Assembly (NCBI GenBank): GCA_951406725.2
Contig: OX597831.1
Coordinates: 24,490,001 to 24,554,000 of the forward strand
Length of the DNA stretch: 64,000 bases
From: Octopus vulgaris
Lineage: Eukaryota
Reading direction: 5' to 3'
Under the pieces are notes generated by a model that made no database searches, was not told the origin of the DNA, and saw only the letters and a program-made list of their open reading frames with translations. Positions 38,180-51,962 of this stretch are shown piece by piece. The position numbers and the translations under genes are program-made. Numbering within the stretch: the stretch's first letter is position 1; the number at the start of each line of letters is the position of its first letter.

Positions 38180-38213
38180 TATATGATTATATCTATATAT
38201 ATAAATATATATG

Positions 38214-38250
<37 letters not shown>

Positions 38251-38510
38251 GTACATATACATCGATTGATAAATAAATGGATTGATACAAACACGCACAC
38301 ACACACACACATATATATATATATTGATATACATACACACACACAATATGGTACATAAACTACTTTCCCTCTTTGTGTTACATATATATGTGTATGTGTG
38401 TGCTTGTGTGTGTATGCGCACATGTGTGTGTGTATATATATATATGTATATGTATATATATGTATATATATGTATATATATATGTGTATGTATATGTATG
38501 TATATATATA
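38180..38510. repeat. TA/TG microsatellite
   Basis: direct reading. Confidence 0.92.
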
Positions 38511-39050
38511 ATTCATGTGATGTCACCCCTATTATCAAGTTTTAGCATTTGGCCATCAGCCATCAACTTATTCCTGCATAGACATAAAAGCTGACAACTT
38601 AAATAAATCCCAAAGGCTGTGTTAATAAAATAGATTATCTTCATTGACATTAACATTACTTTGGCTTATTTTAATTTTACTTATTTTCTCTCTAATATGT
38701 TAAATTTAAATTAGGATTTTGTTGTATATTCATATTTTGGAGACTACTAGAAAAGTACAATAATGAATTTTTTTTCCCTTGACTTAAAGAAAAAAAAATG
38801 TTTCAGTGAAATTTAAATTAAGTACAAATATATATATACATATATATACAAATATATATACACACATGTATATATAAACAATTATATGTTACTGAGAAAG
38901 ACGCTAATAGCCTTAACTTTAGACTTTAAAGGCTGATATTTTTTTTTTAATGACTTCAAGAGAAATGGAAAAATATTGTAATGGAGAAATGGAAAAAATA
39001 TTGAAGAACTGCTGAGATATAGCTGTCACAAAGACTGCACGAAAATAAGA

Positions 39051-39517
39051 ATGAAGATCAGGTTTGAGTTGTTTGGAGACTACAAGGAGTCTTAACACTT
39101 TCAATACTAACCCGGCTGAAACTGCCCCTGCCTCTGTAGTACAAATGTCTTGTTTTCATAAGTTTTGAATTAAAATCTTCTACTATACCTCAGTCACAAT
39201 TTATGTTCCTAACACTAGCTTAATGATAACTATGTTATTTTACTAAATTCTTTGTTATATTTAAAATAATTGATAAAATAATTGATAAAATGAAGATCAG
39301 ATTTGAGTTGTTTGGAGACTACAAGGAGTCTTAACCCTTTCAATACTAACCCGGCTGAAACTGCCCCAGCCTCTGTAGTACAACTGTCTTGCTTTTATAA
39401 GTTTTGAATTACAATTTTCCACCAAACCTTAGTCACAATTTATGTTCCTAACACTAGCTTAATGATAACTATGTTATTTTACTAAATTCTTTGTTATATT
39501 TAAAATAATTGATAAAA
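39051..39517. repeat. tandem duplication (period ~239 bp) of flank plus most of a TTAA MITE
   Basis: atgaagatcag.tttgagttgtttggagactacaaggagtcttaa at 39051 and 39290. Confidence 0.92.
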
Positions 39518-39555
39518 GCACAACGCCTCTCAAAATAAATACAGTAATGAAAGGG
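39335..39555 (-). mobile_element. piggyBac-like MITE, complete
   Basis: TTAA TSD on both sides, TIR ccctttca / tgaaaggg. Confidence 0.9.
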
Positions 39556-39714
39556 TTAAATAGTCCAGGCTTGTGACAGACAGGGTCACCATGAGCTGTA
39601 ATACTGTCTTACGTATCCTGGCAGGAAAATGTCTTTTAATAAATTACTGCTACTTCTGCATTTGTTGCTAGTGATAATGCTTAGCCTATTCTTAAAGGTC
39701 AGTATTATTTATTG

Positions 39715-40365
39715 AGTGTTAGCACACTGAATAAAATGCTTAGCGGCATTTTGTCTGTGTTTAAATACTGAGTTCAGACCCTGCTATGGTCGACTTAACC
39801 TTTCACCCTTTTCAAGTCAATAAAATTAGTATCAAAGACTGTGAGCTGGCAGAAATGTTAGCACACTGGGCAAAATACTTAATGGTATTACGTCTATTTT
39901 AAAGTTCTGAGTTCTAATTCACCCAAGGTTGATTTTGTTTTTCAGCCATTCAGGGGCGATAAATTAAGTACCAGTTACGTACAAGAGTCAATGTTATCAA
40001 CTTAATCCCTTTGTCTGTCCTTGTTTGTCCCCTCTATGTTTAGCCCCTTGTGGGCAATAAAGAAATAAGAAACGTTAGCACACCAGATGAAATGCTTAGC
40101 AGTATTACGTCTGTTTTAATGTTCTGAGTTCAAATTCACCTGAGGTCGATTTTGCTTTTCATCCTTTTGGGGTCGATAAATTAAGTACCAGTTGAATACT
40201 GGCGTTGATCTAATCAACTAGCTCCACTCCCCAAATATTTTGAGCCTTGTGCCTAGAGTAGAAAAGAATAAAATAAGTATCAGTTGAGCGCAGAGGTCAA
40301 TGTAACTGACTTAACCCCTCACCCGAAATTGCTGGCCTTGTGCTGAAATTTGAAACTGATATTAT
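39715..40365 (+). mobile_element. cluster of three nested family B SINEs with three tail types
   Basis: B-boxes at ~39770, 39910, 40127; tails ...aataaagaaataa, ...gagtagaaaagaat, ...aaatttgaaac. Confidence 0.85.
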
Positions 40366-40615
40366 TTATTAAGTGAGATCCTGGTTGCTTAATAGTAACC
40401 AAGATTACTATTAAGTAGAGGTGAGTGCTTACACATCAGAAAGTACAGTTCCTTTTAGAGTTTGATAGTCTTTTTTCCTGATGCAAGCCAGCGCTACTTT
40501 GATCTGATTCTAGTATCTTTTAACTTCACTGAGAGACCCGCATTTACAAGTTATAAGTGACTACTAACCAAGTCAGCAACTGGATGCTGGAATGCAACTT
40601 GTTATTAGCTCTGTG

Positions 40616-40998
40616 TGGAGGCGCAATGGCCCAGTGGTTAGGGCAGCGGACTCGCGGTCATAGGATCGCGGTTTCGATTCCCAGACCGGGCATTGTGAGT
40701 GTTTATTGAGCGAAAACACCTAAAGCTCCACGAGGCTCCGGCAGTGGGTGGTGGTGATCCCTGCTGTACTCTTTCACCACAACTTTCTCTCACTCTTACC
40801 TCCTGTTTCTGTTGTACCTGTATTTCAAAGGGCCGGCCTTGTCACTCTCTGTGTCATGCTGAATATCCCCGAGAACTACGTTAAGGGTACACGTGTCTGT
40901 GGAGTGCTCAGCCACTTACACGTTAATTTCACGAGCAGGCTGTTCCGTTGATTCGGATCAACCGGAACCCTCGTCGTCGTAACCGACGGAGTGCTTCC
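40616..40998 (+). mobile_element. young family C SINE with alternative 3' half (possibly OR1-like)
   Basis: 12-bp TSD attagctctgtg 40604-40615 / 40999-41010; A box tggcccagtggtt, B box gtttcgattccc; CpGs retained. Confidence 0.92.
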
Positions 40999-41299
40999 AT
41001 TAGCTCTGTGCGTTTATTATCTTTGCTCATCATATTAAAAAATCTCGCTCTTCCAGGTCACTTAACTGTAAAATATTTGTTATAATTGCATCAGTGTATC
41101 TGGAGCACTGGATAATTAATTAACATGTGTTTCTCTAGATTATAATGAATGAATTTCCCATTGTAAAGAAAGTATGTGTAATCATCATACAGCATATTGT
41201 ATCAGCATGTCAGTCCTAATCTATCGTCACAACATTACTTTTGGTGGAATTGTGAAATTTTGGTCAAATTCGGGTTTTCTTACATGGGCAAAAGTTTAT

Positions 41300-41540
41300 A
41301 CTCTCTTTACTCTTTTACTCGTTTCAGTCATGTGGCTGTGGCCATGCTGGAGCACCGCCTTTAGTCAAGCAAATCAACCCCAGGACTTATTCTTTGTAAG
41401 CCTAGTACTTATTCTATCGGTCTCTTTTGCCAAACCGCTAAGTTACGGGGACGTAAAGACACCAGCATCGGTTGTCAATCGATGTGGCGAGTGGTGGGGG
41501 TGGGGGGGAAACAGACGCACAAACATATACACACACATAC

Positions 41541-41580
<40 letters not shown>

Positions 41581-41740
41581 GATGGGCTTCTTTAAGTTTC
41601 CATTTACCAAATCCACTCACAAGGCCTTCGTCAGCCTGAGGCTATAGTAGAAGACACTTGCCCAAGGTGCCACGCAGTGGGACTGAACCTGGAACCATGT
41701 GGTTGGTAAGCAAGCTACTTACCACACAGCCACTCCTGCT
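41300..41740 (-). mobile_element. family A SINE
   Basis: full length. Confidence 0.9.
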
Positions 41741-41884
41741 ATGCATATATATTTTAATGTTAGAGTAATCTGAAGCTTCTGGTTTACTAATTTCGTCCTT
41801 TATTTTGATGGCTATAATATTATGAAAACAAGACATTTGTACTACAGATCCAGAACCGGTTTCAGCTGGGTTGGTCTCAACTGA

Positions 41885-42105
41885 ATATTGGTTTTAAATT
41901 TTGGTCCAAAGCCATCATATTTGGTGGAGAGAGGGCTAAGTCAATTTCATCAACTCCATGACTCAACTGGTACTTAGTTTATCGACCCCGAAAGAATGCA
42001 AAGCAAATTTGACCTCAGCAGAACTCAGACTCAGAAAATAAAAACAGATAAAATGCCTCTAACCGTTTTGCCCTGCATGCTGGCAGTTCCGTCAGCTTAC
42101 TGCTT
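41885..42105 (-). mobile_element. decayed family B SINE
   Basis: atcgaccccgaaagaatg core. Confidence 0.75.
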
Positions 42106-42264
42106 CCATATAAATTAATAAATATACAAACTGATATTCATCCATATTAAGTTTCCCTGTGTATCCTTCTCCTTAGTAGACTTAAACAGCTCTGCTTGAG
42201 AAAACACTTAACACAGAAGTAATCAATTAAAAGTAGACCTCATCTATTTTACTAGTGGTGTCTA

Positions 42265-42675
42265 TACTCTTACTCTTTTTACTTGTTTCAGTCATTTTAC
42301 TGTGGCCATGCTGGAGCACCACCTTTAGTCGAGCAAATCGACCCCAGGACTTATTCTTTGTAAGCCTAGTACTTATTCTATTAGTTTCTTTTTGCCAAAC
42401 CGCTAAGTTACGAGGACGTAAACACACCAGCATTGGTTGTCAAGCAATGTTGGGGTGACAAACACAGACATACAAACACACACATATATATATATATACA
42501 TATACATATATACGATAGGCTTCTTTCAGTTTCCATCTACCAAATCTACTCACAAGGCTTTGGTCAGCCCGAGGCTATAGCAGAAGACAGTTGCCCAAGG
42601 TGCCACACAGTGGGACTGAACCTGGAACCATGTGGTTGGTAAGCAAACTACTTACCACACAGCCACTCCTGTGCT
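42265..42675 (-). mobile_element. family A SINE
   Basis: full length. Confidence 0.9.
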
Positions 42676-43459
42676 TATGACATTTTTCTTTTTTGTTTTA
42701 TGGGTGATAATATGTTAGGATTTGAAAACTAAACATCTGGTCTCCATTTTAAAAAAGTAGTGGGTTTTGTAGTAAATTTATTGGGTAGATTGATTGATTG
42801 ATTATATAGGATCTGCTTCTGTAACTTGTGTTAATTATTTATTCCAAAGACCATTGAGAAGTTTCTTAAAAGAAATTTTGAGAGGTTAGAAGTTAAATAT
42901 CTGCATAGTAGCTCTTTTGTTTGGTTATGAAACCCACTCACCTTTTTCTCTTGCTTTCTGTCTATTCTTCTCTTTCATTCTATTATTATTCTTGCATGAC
43001 AAATCTAACATTTCTGAAATGGAAATTAACCAAAATAGAAAGATGGTGAGGGGGGGAAAAAAAAACAAAAACAAAAAAAAATAATAATAATACACACAAA
43101 CAAAATAACTTTGACATTTTGATCACCAAGTTGTAAGTTCCTAGATAATGATGCTTTCTCACTTAGCGTCCTTTCATTACAAGAGACATTAATAGGGGAC
43201 ATGCATTTATCTAGAGATACAAAACTGGTACGGAGCATTAAGTGTAATTTTACCTTTCAAAAAAGCAGTAAAAATTTAGAAACTTCATGAACATCTCTCA
43301 CCACCTTTCCTTCTTCTCGAAAAGGAATTGGAATTATAATTTAGAATTAGCCACAATAGATAGTAATTTGAGATAGTTCAAACATTTATATATCATATAA
43401 AGATTCGTATATATGAATTGATTTATATTTCTACATATATAGTTGTCTCTGGGCATATG

Positions 43460-43597
43460 TATGTATGTACACACACATGCATACACACACATGCGCCCAC
43501 ACACGCACGCACACACACACACACACACACAGACATAGCTCAGTATAAATTTTCATATTTCTACATATAAACTTACGTCTATGAGTATGTGTATATA

Positions 43598-43666
<69 letters not shown>

Positions 43667-43831
43667 ATGTATATATATATGTATGTATGTATGTATATGT
43701 GTATATATATATATGTATGTATATGTATATATATATGTATGTATGTATGTATATGAGTATATGTATGTGTATGTATGTGTATGTGTATGTATATGTATAT
43801 GTGTATATATATGTATATATATATATGTATA

Positions 43832-43870
<39 letters not shown>

Positions 43871-43871
43871 A

Positions 43872-43914
<43 letters not shown>

Positions 43915-43961
43915 ATATATATATATGTATGTATGTATATATATATATGTATGTATATATA

Positions 43962-43992
<31 letters not shown>

Positions 43993-44030
43993 GTATGTAT
44001 ATATGTGTATATATATGTATATATATATAG
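43460..44030. repeat. large TA/TATG microsatellite
   Basis: direct reading; source of the 238-aa spurious ORF. Confidence 0.97.
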
Positions 44031-45054
44031 TATGAATTTGTAAGTAATACAAAATACTACTACTGATAATAATGTAATACATTGAAACCCACACATATAC
44101 GTATTTCTGATTCTCCTAAACATGTATATCAAATATGCATTATGCAATTATCACTGGTGTTTATGGCTTTTCTTTACTTTCACTTGTTTGTTAAATAAAC
44201 ATGAAAATTCATACATATGCACACACAATAACGGACACTAGCATACATATACTAACACTAGGCACACTAACACATACACATACATACATACATACATACT
44301 CACACTAATAGACATAAAAATGTAACACAGATAATTACATGAAATATGCTAGCAAAGTATGTTCTCCTAATTGACAGTCCATGTAATCAAAGTTGTTTAA
44401 TATAAGGATGTATTTTCTAAAGATATTAAATAACATTGGCAGGAATTAAATTCTATGACACACTAAAGCGATATCTTTGTTCTTCTTATTGTTGTTGTCA
44501 ATGATGATGACATTTTTCTTCTGAATTTTTTTGGTCTTTTCTTTTTAACTCTTTGTTGTTTTGCATTGCATTAAATGTTGTTGCGGATTCAATTCAACTT
44601 TTACGTTTCCTCCCCCTCTTGAACCCCTTTATCATTGTTTACTTGTCTGGCACACCTCACCTCACACCATCCCTCTTGCTGTTTCAGCTGGGTTTTTTTT
44701 TTTTTGAATTGTATCAGTCATATTAATTGATTTGTTGCTTGCAGGAAATAATAATAATGTCAAAAATACAAAAAAAAAATGCAAAAAATACTAAAAAAAA
44801 AATAATAATAAACGCAAAACAAACCAGATTACAAATTAAAACCAAACGGTAAATTGGAACTTGTCGATATTATTAATATTAATATAAACTTGAGGGGAAA
44901 TATATATCTTTGTAAAATTATTATATGACGTAAAATATACCCGAAATTAAAAGCATTTTTCAAAAAAATCAAAATATTTTTGTCATGTTTTCTTTAAATT
45001 TTTAAATATAAAGTAAAAGATATGTATCTACACGTGTACATGTATTCATCTATC

Positions 45055-45100
<46 letters not shown>

Positions 45101-45639
45101 CACACATTCACACACATTTACACACCACATACGCTCACTCATAGATAGGTAAATTAATTTCTAACTTAGCTACAGGTTTACTACAAGGTACAGTTGATAT
45201 AACTGAACTTCATAACTTAACTGATCATAACTTTATCACACAATGTTAAAACAACAGATATGAACTCACATTAAATGCCCTTCTGGTTCAATATAATATT
45301 CTCCCGCCTGCTTAGTATATCCTTGTGTAATAAGTATCAATAAGTCCTTGTGTAATAAAACTAGTTTATGTCTTTCTTAAATGATTTTCATATATTTATA
45401 GTCTAGGCATGGATGCGTGGTTTCAAGGTTTACTTCACAAACACTTTGCTCTGAGTGTCATTACACCGTAGAGAATCTTGAGCAAATTTATTCTGCCATA
45501 GCTAGGCCTGTGCAAATAGAGTTGTAAGCCCAGCTCAGATGTAAACTGTAGATCACATTTCAAACTTCTCATCAAATATTTGGGTAACAAATACTAATTA
45601 CATATGTCTTATGAAAAGGTTATGGGTACATACAAAAGG

Positions 45640-45890
45640 TGGAGGTGCGTGGCTTAGTGGTTAGGGTGTCAGCATCATGATCGTAAGATTGTGTTTTCAA
45701 TTACTGGACCGGGCGACATATGGTGTTCTTGAACAAAACACTTCATTTCATGTTGCTCCAGTCCACTCAGCTGGCAAAAATGAGTAATGCTGCAATGGAC
45801 TGGCATCCCATCCAGCTGGGGAACACATACGCCAATGTAACCAGGAAACCAGACCCATGAGCCTTGCTAGGCTTTAAAAGGGAGTATTTG
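45640..45890 (+). mobile_element. V-domain-like tRNA SINE
   Basis: ggaggtgcgtggcttagtggttaggg...gcaatggactggcatcccatccagctgggg. Confidence 0.88.
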
Positions 45891-45906
45891 TTATTTATTT
45901 TATATA

Positions 45907-46122
45907 CAAAAGGGTGGTTTAAAGTTTTTGGTTTTGGGTAAAAGAAAATACAGGAGGATCAGTTAATTATGATTTTATTTAACATATCCCACTCTCAGAT
46001 TCACACACTTATTGCAGTGGTCCTTCAGTTTTTCTAAGCCCTATAAAAGAACTTGGAAGGTGGGCCTCCAGTCAGGCCTTTTGGGATGCCCTTAAAGCCA
46101 TGAACTTTTCAGCACCTCCTTG
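45907..46122 (-). mobile_element. mariner-derived MITE
   Basis: reverse complement of 711-927 family. Confidence 0.85.
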
Positions 46123-46517
46123 TATAAAAAAGGTAACACCTTACTAAAATGTCAATTCATTGCCTCTAGCCATGAGTGAAGGCTCTCTCTCTATGTAACC
46201 TCATACCAACTGGCCCATCTGCTCCCAAATTTGTTCAAGATTATCATTGCCTCAAGTCAACCACATCCCTTTGAGTGTAATTAAATAGACAATGTGCCTG
46301 TCCAAAAGACGATATCAGTTCTTCATTGAAAGACTTAATTACTTGGTATAACATCCACCGGCTGCCTCTTAACTGCCTTTAGTGGTGTACACATTGTAGA
46401 AAGCATTCAGATTATGCTCAAAACTAAACTGAAAATTACTCAGTCTAGTTTCATTGATTCCTGAGACTGCAGTAATAGCCTTTTGGATCAAAGTTTCTTT
46501 TTATTTTCTTCCTTTAA

Positions 46518-46733
46518 CTGATATCAAATTTTGGCACAAGACTAGCAATTTCGGAGGAAGGAGCAAGTTGATTACATCCACCCCAGTGCATAACTGGTAC
46601 TTATTTTATCGACCCTGGAAGGATAAAAGGCAACGATGACCTTGGCAGAAATTCAACTCAGAATATAAGGACAGACATAATGTTACTAAGTATTTTTCCT
46701 GGCATGTTAACAATTCTGTCTACTCACCACCTT
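46518..46733 (-). mobile_element. family B SINE
   Basis: core and tail match. Confidence 0.8.
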
Positions 46734-47888
46734 TAATTAAGACTTGAAAAGAGAAGAGAAAAACAAAAACAAAAACAAAATGCTGTCGTCAGATTTGAAC
46801 GTGTGTCCTGTGACCTGTTATTTCAGCATCTTATTCTCCCAGCTATTTGGTCTGTCATCAATTCTCTATAAATATACTTGTTGTGGTTACCATAAATAAA
46901 CAGCAATTTGTTTCTGAAGAAATCACATACCGTCAGAGTTATCGCTTCTTTAATGATGCTGGATTTAGTTTTTGCCGATCATTCTTTCAACTGAATCTTT
47001 GCAGTTGTTATTTGTCATTAACTCATGGCATCTTTGATACACCTGCTTATTATTGGTGCCATCTTCTCATCTATAAAGATTCTACAGTCAAAGAATAGCT
47101 AAATACTGTCAGACACTATCTGGTAATCTATCCAATCCAATCCAATCCACATCACACTCAAGCTTTTCCTTTTTTCTTCTCCCTCCATTCTGTTCGGTGC
47201 AGTCTTCAGTTATGGCTTTCTGGATCAATACCTGACCTTTCCATCTGTGACACACTTCTCTACATACTTTATTACTTTCTTTGAGAAATGTGTTATTACT
47301 TACTGGGTAAGCATTTATTCTTCGAATCAGATTGACGGTAAAACCTTTTTAAACTGGCAGATTTAGAGGGTCGAATGTTTCTTCACTTTCACAAATTATG
47401 GGAGTTTCCCTGCTCGTTATTAAGGTTCTACACTTACTTTCTTCCAATCTCTCTTTCTTCTTACAGTTTTTTTCCTTTCTTGTTTTCTATCTCCCTTTCT
47501 TTTCTTCCACTTCTTTTTTTTTCCTTTTAGTTCTTCCTGCTTTTCTTTGTACCATTATTACTCTATAAACGTATTGAAGATTGATCCACATCATTAAACT
47601 CTTTTCATGAAAATTTGAGGTTTTATGTCAACATAAGTAATTATTATTATTGCTGTTGTTGTTGCTATACTTGTTGTTGTTGTTTTTTATATTATGGCAG
47701 TGAAGTGGGAGAACCATTAGCACTGAGAACAAAATGTTTAACAGCATTTTTTCTGGCTCCTTTTACATTCTGAGTTCAAATCCATTGAGGCCAGCTTTCT
47801 CTTTCTTACTTTTGGGGTCCATATAATAAAGCACTGGCCAAATACTGGGAATGCAGGGATCGACTGATACACTCCCTCTGAAGTGTTA

Positions 47889-48430
47889 AGGTGCAGGCGT
47901 GGCTATGTGGTAAGAAGCTTGCTTCCCAACTACATGGTTCCGGGTTCAGTCCCACTGTGTGGTGCCTTGGGCAAGTGTCTTCTACTATAGTCTTGGGCTG
48001 ACCGAAGCCTTGTGAGTGGATTTGGTAGATGGAAACTGAAAGAAGCTTGTCATATATACATATATATACTGATCTATTCATAGGCACAGGAGTGGCTGTG
48101 TGGTAAGGAGATTGCTTCTCAACCACATGGTTCCACGTTCAGTCCCACTGTGTGGCACCTTGGGCAAGTGTCTTCTACTATAGCCTTGGGCTGACCAAAG
48201 CCTTGTGAATGGATTTGGTAGACGGAAACTGAAAGAAGCCTGTCATATATATATGTATATATTTGTTTGTCTCCCCACCATTGTTTGACAACCAATGTTA
48301 ATGTGTTTATGTCACCGTAACCTAGCAGTTCAGCAAAAAGAAACAGAAAATAAGACCTGAGGTCAATTTATTCGACTAAAGGCAGTGCTCCAGCATGGCT
48401 ACAATCAAATGACTGAAATAAAAGAATGAA
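47889..48430 (+). mobile_element. family A SINE with a second 5' half in tandem
   Basis: heads at 47889 and 48082, each running to aaagaagc..gtcatatata. Confidence 0.88.
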
Positions 48431-48439
48431 GAAAAGAAT

Positions 48440-48540
48440 TATTATTATTATTACCACTACCACCACTACTAAAACTACTACTACTGCTACTACTACTACT
48501 ACTACTACTACTGCTGCTGCTGCTACTACCACTACTACTG
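48440..48540. repeat. (TTA)/(CTA)/(CTG) trinucleotide microsatellite
   Basis: direct reading. Confidence 0.93.
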
Positions 48541-48788
48541 TTGATAGTGATAGTGCTAATCAACTGTAATGCTGAAGTAGTGTATTGCAGAGCAATGGAA
48601 AATTTCATTAAAATCTATTTCATGAGTTTAATTCTCTGTGCAGCCGATGTGGCATTTCGTTCTCCAAAGGATCACTAAACTAATTAGTAGTAGAGTATTG
48701 GGGCTGATTTAATCAGTTGCACCCTTTTATAAAATTTGTAAGCCTTGATCCAGTTTTAGAAATTATTAATATTAAAAATAAAAGAAAC

Positions 48789-48822
<34 letters not shown>

Positions 48823-49199
48823 TATGGTTTCCTTTCATTATAACTTTATTTCAGCTGCCTTAGTACCAGGCATCCTCCAGAGGCCAAGATTAGCAAGGGC
48901 ATTTTCTTTTGTTTTTGCTATTCATGCTAAAATTATCACCACATTTATTATTATTATTATCATTGTTGTCATCACCATGCAATCATCATTTTCATCTCCA
49001 TCAGAATCTCTTGGAATTTTGGTAAAAAATGCTTTACAATATTTCTTCAGATTCATAGCTCAGATCCTGTTGGGGTTAACTTTGCCCTTAATTTTTCCAG
49101 GATTGATAAAAATAAAGCACTTGCCATGTATCAGAGATGATGGAATTGGTTAAACCTCTCCTCTAATGACCTCATACCTAAATTAGAAGACATTGCTAT

Positions 49200-49400
49200 G
49201 GGCTTCAAGTTTTAGCACAAGGCCAGTAAGTTCAGGGTTTGGGCCCAATGGATTACATCAACTCCAGTACTCAACTGGTCCTTATTTTATTGCCCCCGAA
49301 AAGACGAAAGGCAAAGTCAACCCCAGCAACATTTGAATTCAGAACATAAAGACAGGCAAAATGTCACTCAGCACTTTACCCTTCACAGTAATGATTCTGC
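49200..49400 (-). mobile_element. family B SINE
   Basis: ccccgaaaagacgaaaggcaaagtcaacc. Confidence 0.8.
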
Positions 49401-49404
49401 CTGG

Positions 49405-49830
49405 AAGTGGGTAGCGATTTTCTTTACTAATTCAAGGAGTGACAACCCTGCCTGACACAAGTCCCCGGCTCAGCTGACTCTGGCTGACAGTACCTGGTAT
49501 GGGTCCCTATCCAGAGTTACGGAAAGGAGACAATCTTCAAAGAAATCCAGAGTGGTGTCCCGTAGGTGGTTTAGTGTTCGACTTGACACTCTTCCGGCAG
49601 TTCCTGCAAGCAAGCTGGTGCCAAACATAATGCTCTGAACTCCTTTGGACAACGTCAGCAAGGTTGAGAGAGGAATCCTGACAATTGGGCTACCCAGGAT
49701 TTTCTAACATCTAGCCCAGGCGTGTGCAAAACTGGAGAGGAAACTGGAGAGGACATGAAATGTAAAAACCAGACTGGATTAGTTCATGCGCAACTCCATT
49801 GTCTCCCGAGACAAAAGGATACAAACAATT
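49405..49830 (+). mobile_element. GC-rich segment, probable RTE LINE 5' UTR
   Basis: cttccggcagttcctgca..caagctggtgccaaac..tgctct...ctcctttggac resembles RTE-1 5' regions (recalled, not searched). Confidence 0.5.
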
Positions 49831-50401
49831 GTTCTGATAATTGCAATAACCTTGATACTAAATCTTTATCCTGTATTAGAACTTTTGTAGTTGATAGGAT
49901 ACACACTATTTGTCATTCCGGAATAGGGTTCTGTACTATTTTCAGCCAACCAACAATTGATGGTGTAATAGTGAGGTTTACTGATACATGATGCAGGTAT
50001 AGTTTTCCTACCATCACCATAATTATAATGGAAAGAATCAATGGTGTGGAAGGCTACGATCAGTCGAGCAAAAAATTGAACTAAAGCACAACTTGTTGCT
50101 TTATTTGCTTTGAAGTTTAGTTTTGTGGTCAAAGTTTACAAACATAATATAAAATAAGTGTTTTGGTTTCAGCTGTGTGTGTGCATGTGTATGTGTCTAA
50201 TACTTAAACCCTTTCCATTAAGTGGAATATTCATATAAAACATATTTCTATTTGTATGTATATATTTATTTAATTTTTTTTATATATATGTAAATCACAA
50301 GTGGTGAACAGATAAGTTCCTGAAAAACAGGAGACATAAAATAATTGTTTAATTTAGCCTGAACTTCTTGTCTATGTGTTTATATTCTCATAAACACTTA
50401 A

Positions 50402-50403
<2 letters not shown>

Positions 50404-50467
<64 letters not shown>

Positions 50468-50870
50468 TAATATGTAAAAGAATATATATATATATATATA
50501 TAAGAGTATATATCTGTGCTCTTATATTCTGGAAGGGGTTTCTCCCCATCAAGCTCCTGACTTCATTTCTTACAAATGTTTATGCATTTTTCATCGGTAA
50601 TATTTTTCAATATACAAACATACATATATATATTTATAAATATATATATATATATATGTATGTATGTATGTATAATTGTGATTGCTTCCATAAATAAAAT
50701 TGCTCTTCATTTCTGAAGCACCAATGAAGCTATAGGATGATTCCCAGACATTCAAACTGGAGTGCACTTCATCTTAATAGCAGAAACAGCTGTAAGCTAA
50801 TGAAGTTCATTACCTATCTTTTATTCTCTTCTCATTTAAAAATATTATTCTTATATACATACATATATAC

Positions 50871-50963
<93 letters not shown>
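50404..50963. repeat. two long (TA)n tracts (50404-50500, 50853-50963)
   Basis: direct reading. Confidence 0.95.
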
Positions 50964-50967
<4 letters not shown>

Positions 50968-51548
50968 TCTTACAACAAATATCTCAATATCTGCCAAAAT
51001 CAGAATTTCTGTTGCAGAGGTCTTTGCTTTTTTTTTAATTTCAAAATTGATCAAACTAGTATCTTTTTACATTACAAAATTGTTTTGGTGAAGTTAAAAA
51101 TAACTTGAATCCAAATTCAATAACAATTTTTTTTACACTCTGAAATTCCAGTTAACATCAATTTGTAAAATATGAATTTATTAGTATTTTTTTACAGCAT
51201 TCTGATTAGAAAAATTCGATTTAAAATTTTACTTCTTAGGTTTACATTGACCCTTATAATTATTACTGTCTTAAGTTCAATCCTTAAGAAATATACTTCA
51301 TATATTTTTGTAATTATGTATTTGCTATGTTTAAAATGAGTTCATGCTAAAGTTTATCTTTGCTTTCTTCTTTCTTACATAATTAACCGTGTAATGAACA
51401 TTATTGTTAATAACTTTTGACACATCACTCTCATGAGAAGAAAGTCACAAAATTTAAAACTTGGATGAGCTCAAAGGCCTCTTCATGTTTGAACAACATT
51501 ATTATTATTATTATTATTATTGACAATTGAATAATATACAGGCATGTG

Positions 51549-51583
<35 letters not shown>

Positions 51584-51962
51584 ACAATTGTGTGTGAATA
51601 TGAGTGTGTAAAATTTATTTTCCGTTTTCATCAAAAATATGTCTTACTCTTAACTAAGCCAAAAATTAAAATGAAATAATGTTTTTTATGCGAATTGACA
51701 ATTTTGATTAGTAAATACCTTAGATTAAATCTAAATACCTTTTTTAAATATATATAACAACAGTTCTTCCAACTAAGACTGAACATGTGGAAGAATTGCA
51801 ATTTCTACATCACAATATTTATACAGATATCTGTTCCCATATGACAGATTAAAAAAAAAACGTAATTATTTATTTTTCTTTCATAAATGTCTTTTGCACA
51901 AACAGTATATATAGGAAATTCTAAAATAAATTCAATAGTTAGAACACAGTTTTCAATGCCTA

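Noticed and set aside
40616-40690. tRNA gene
   Set aside because: tRNA-like head continues into a SINE body bounded by a TSD; the same holds for other A/B-box heads
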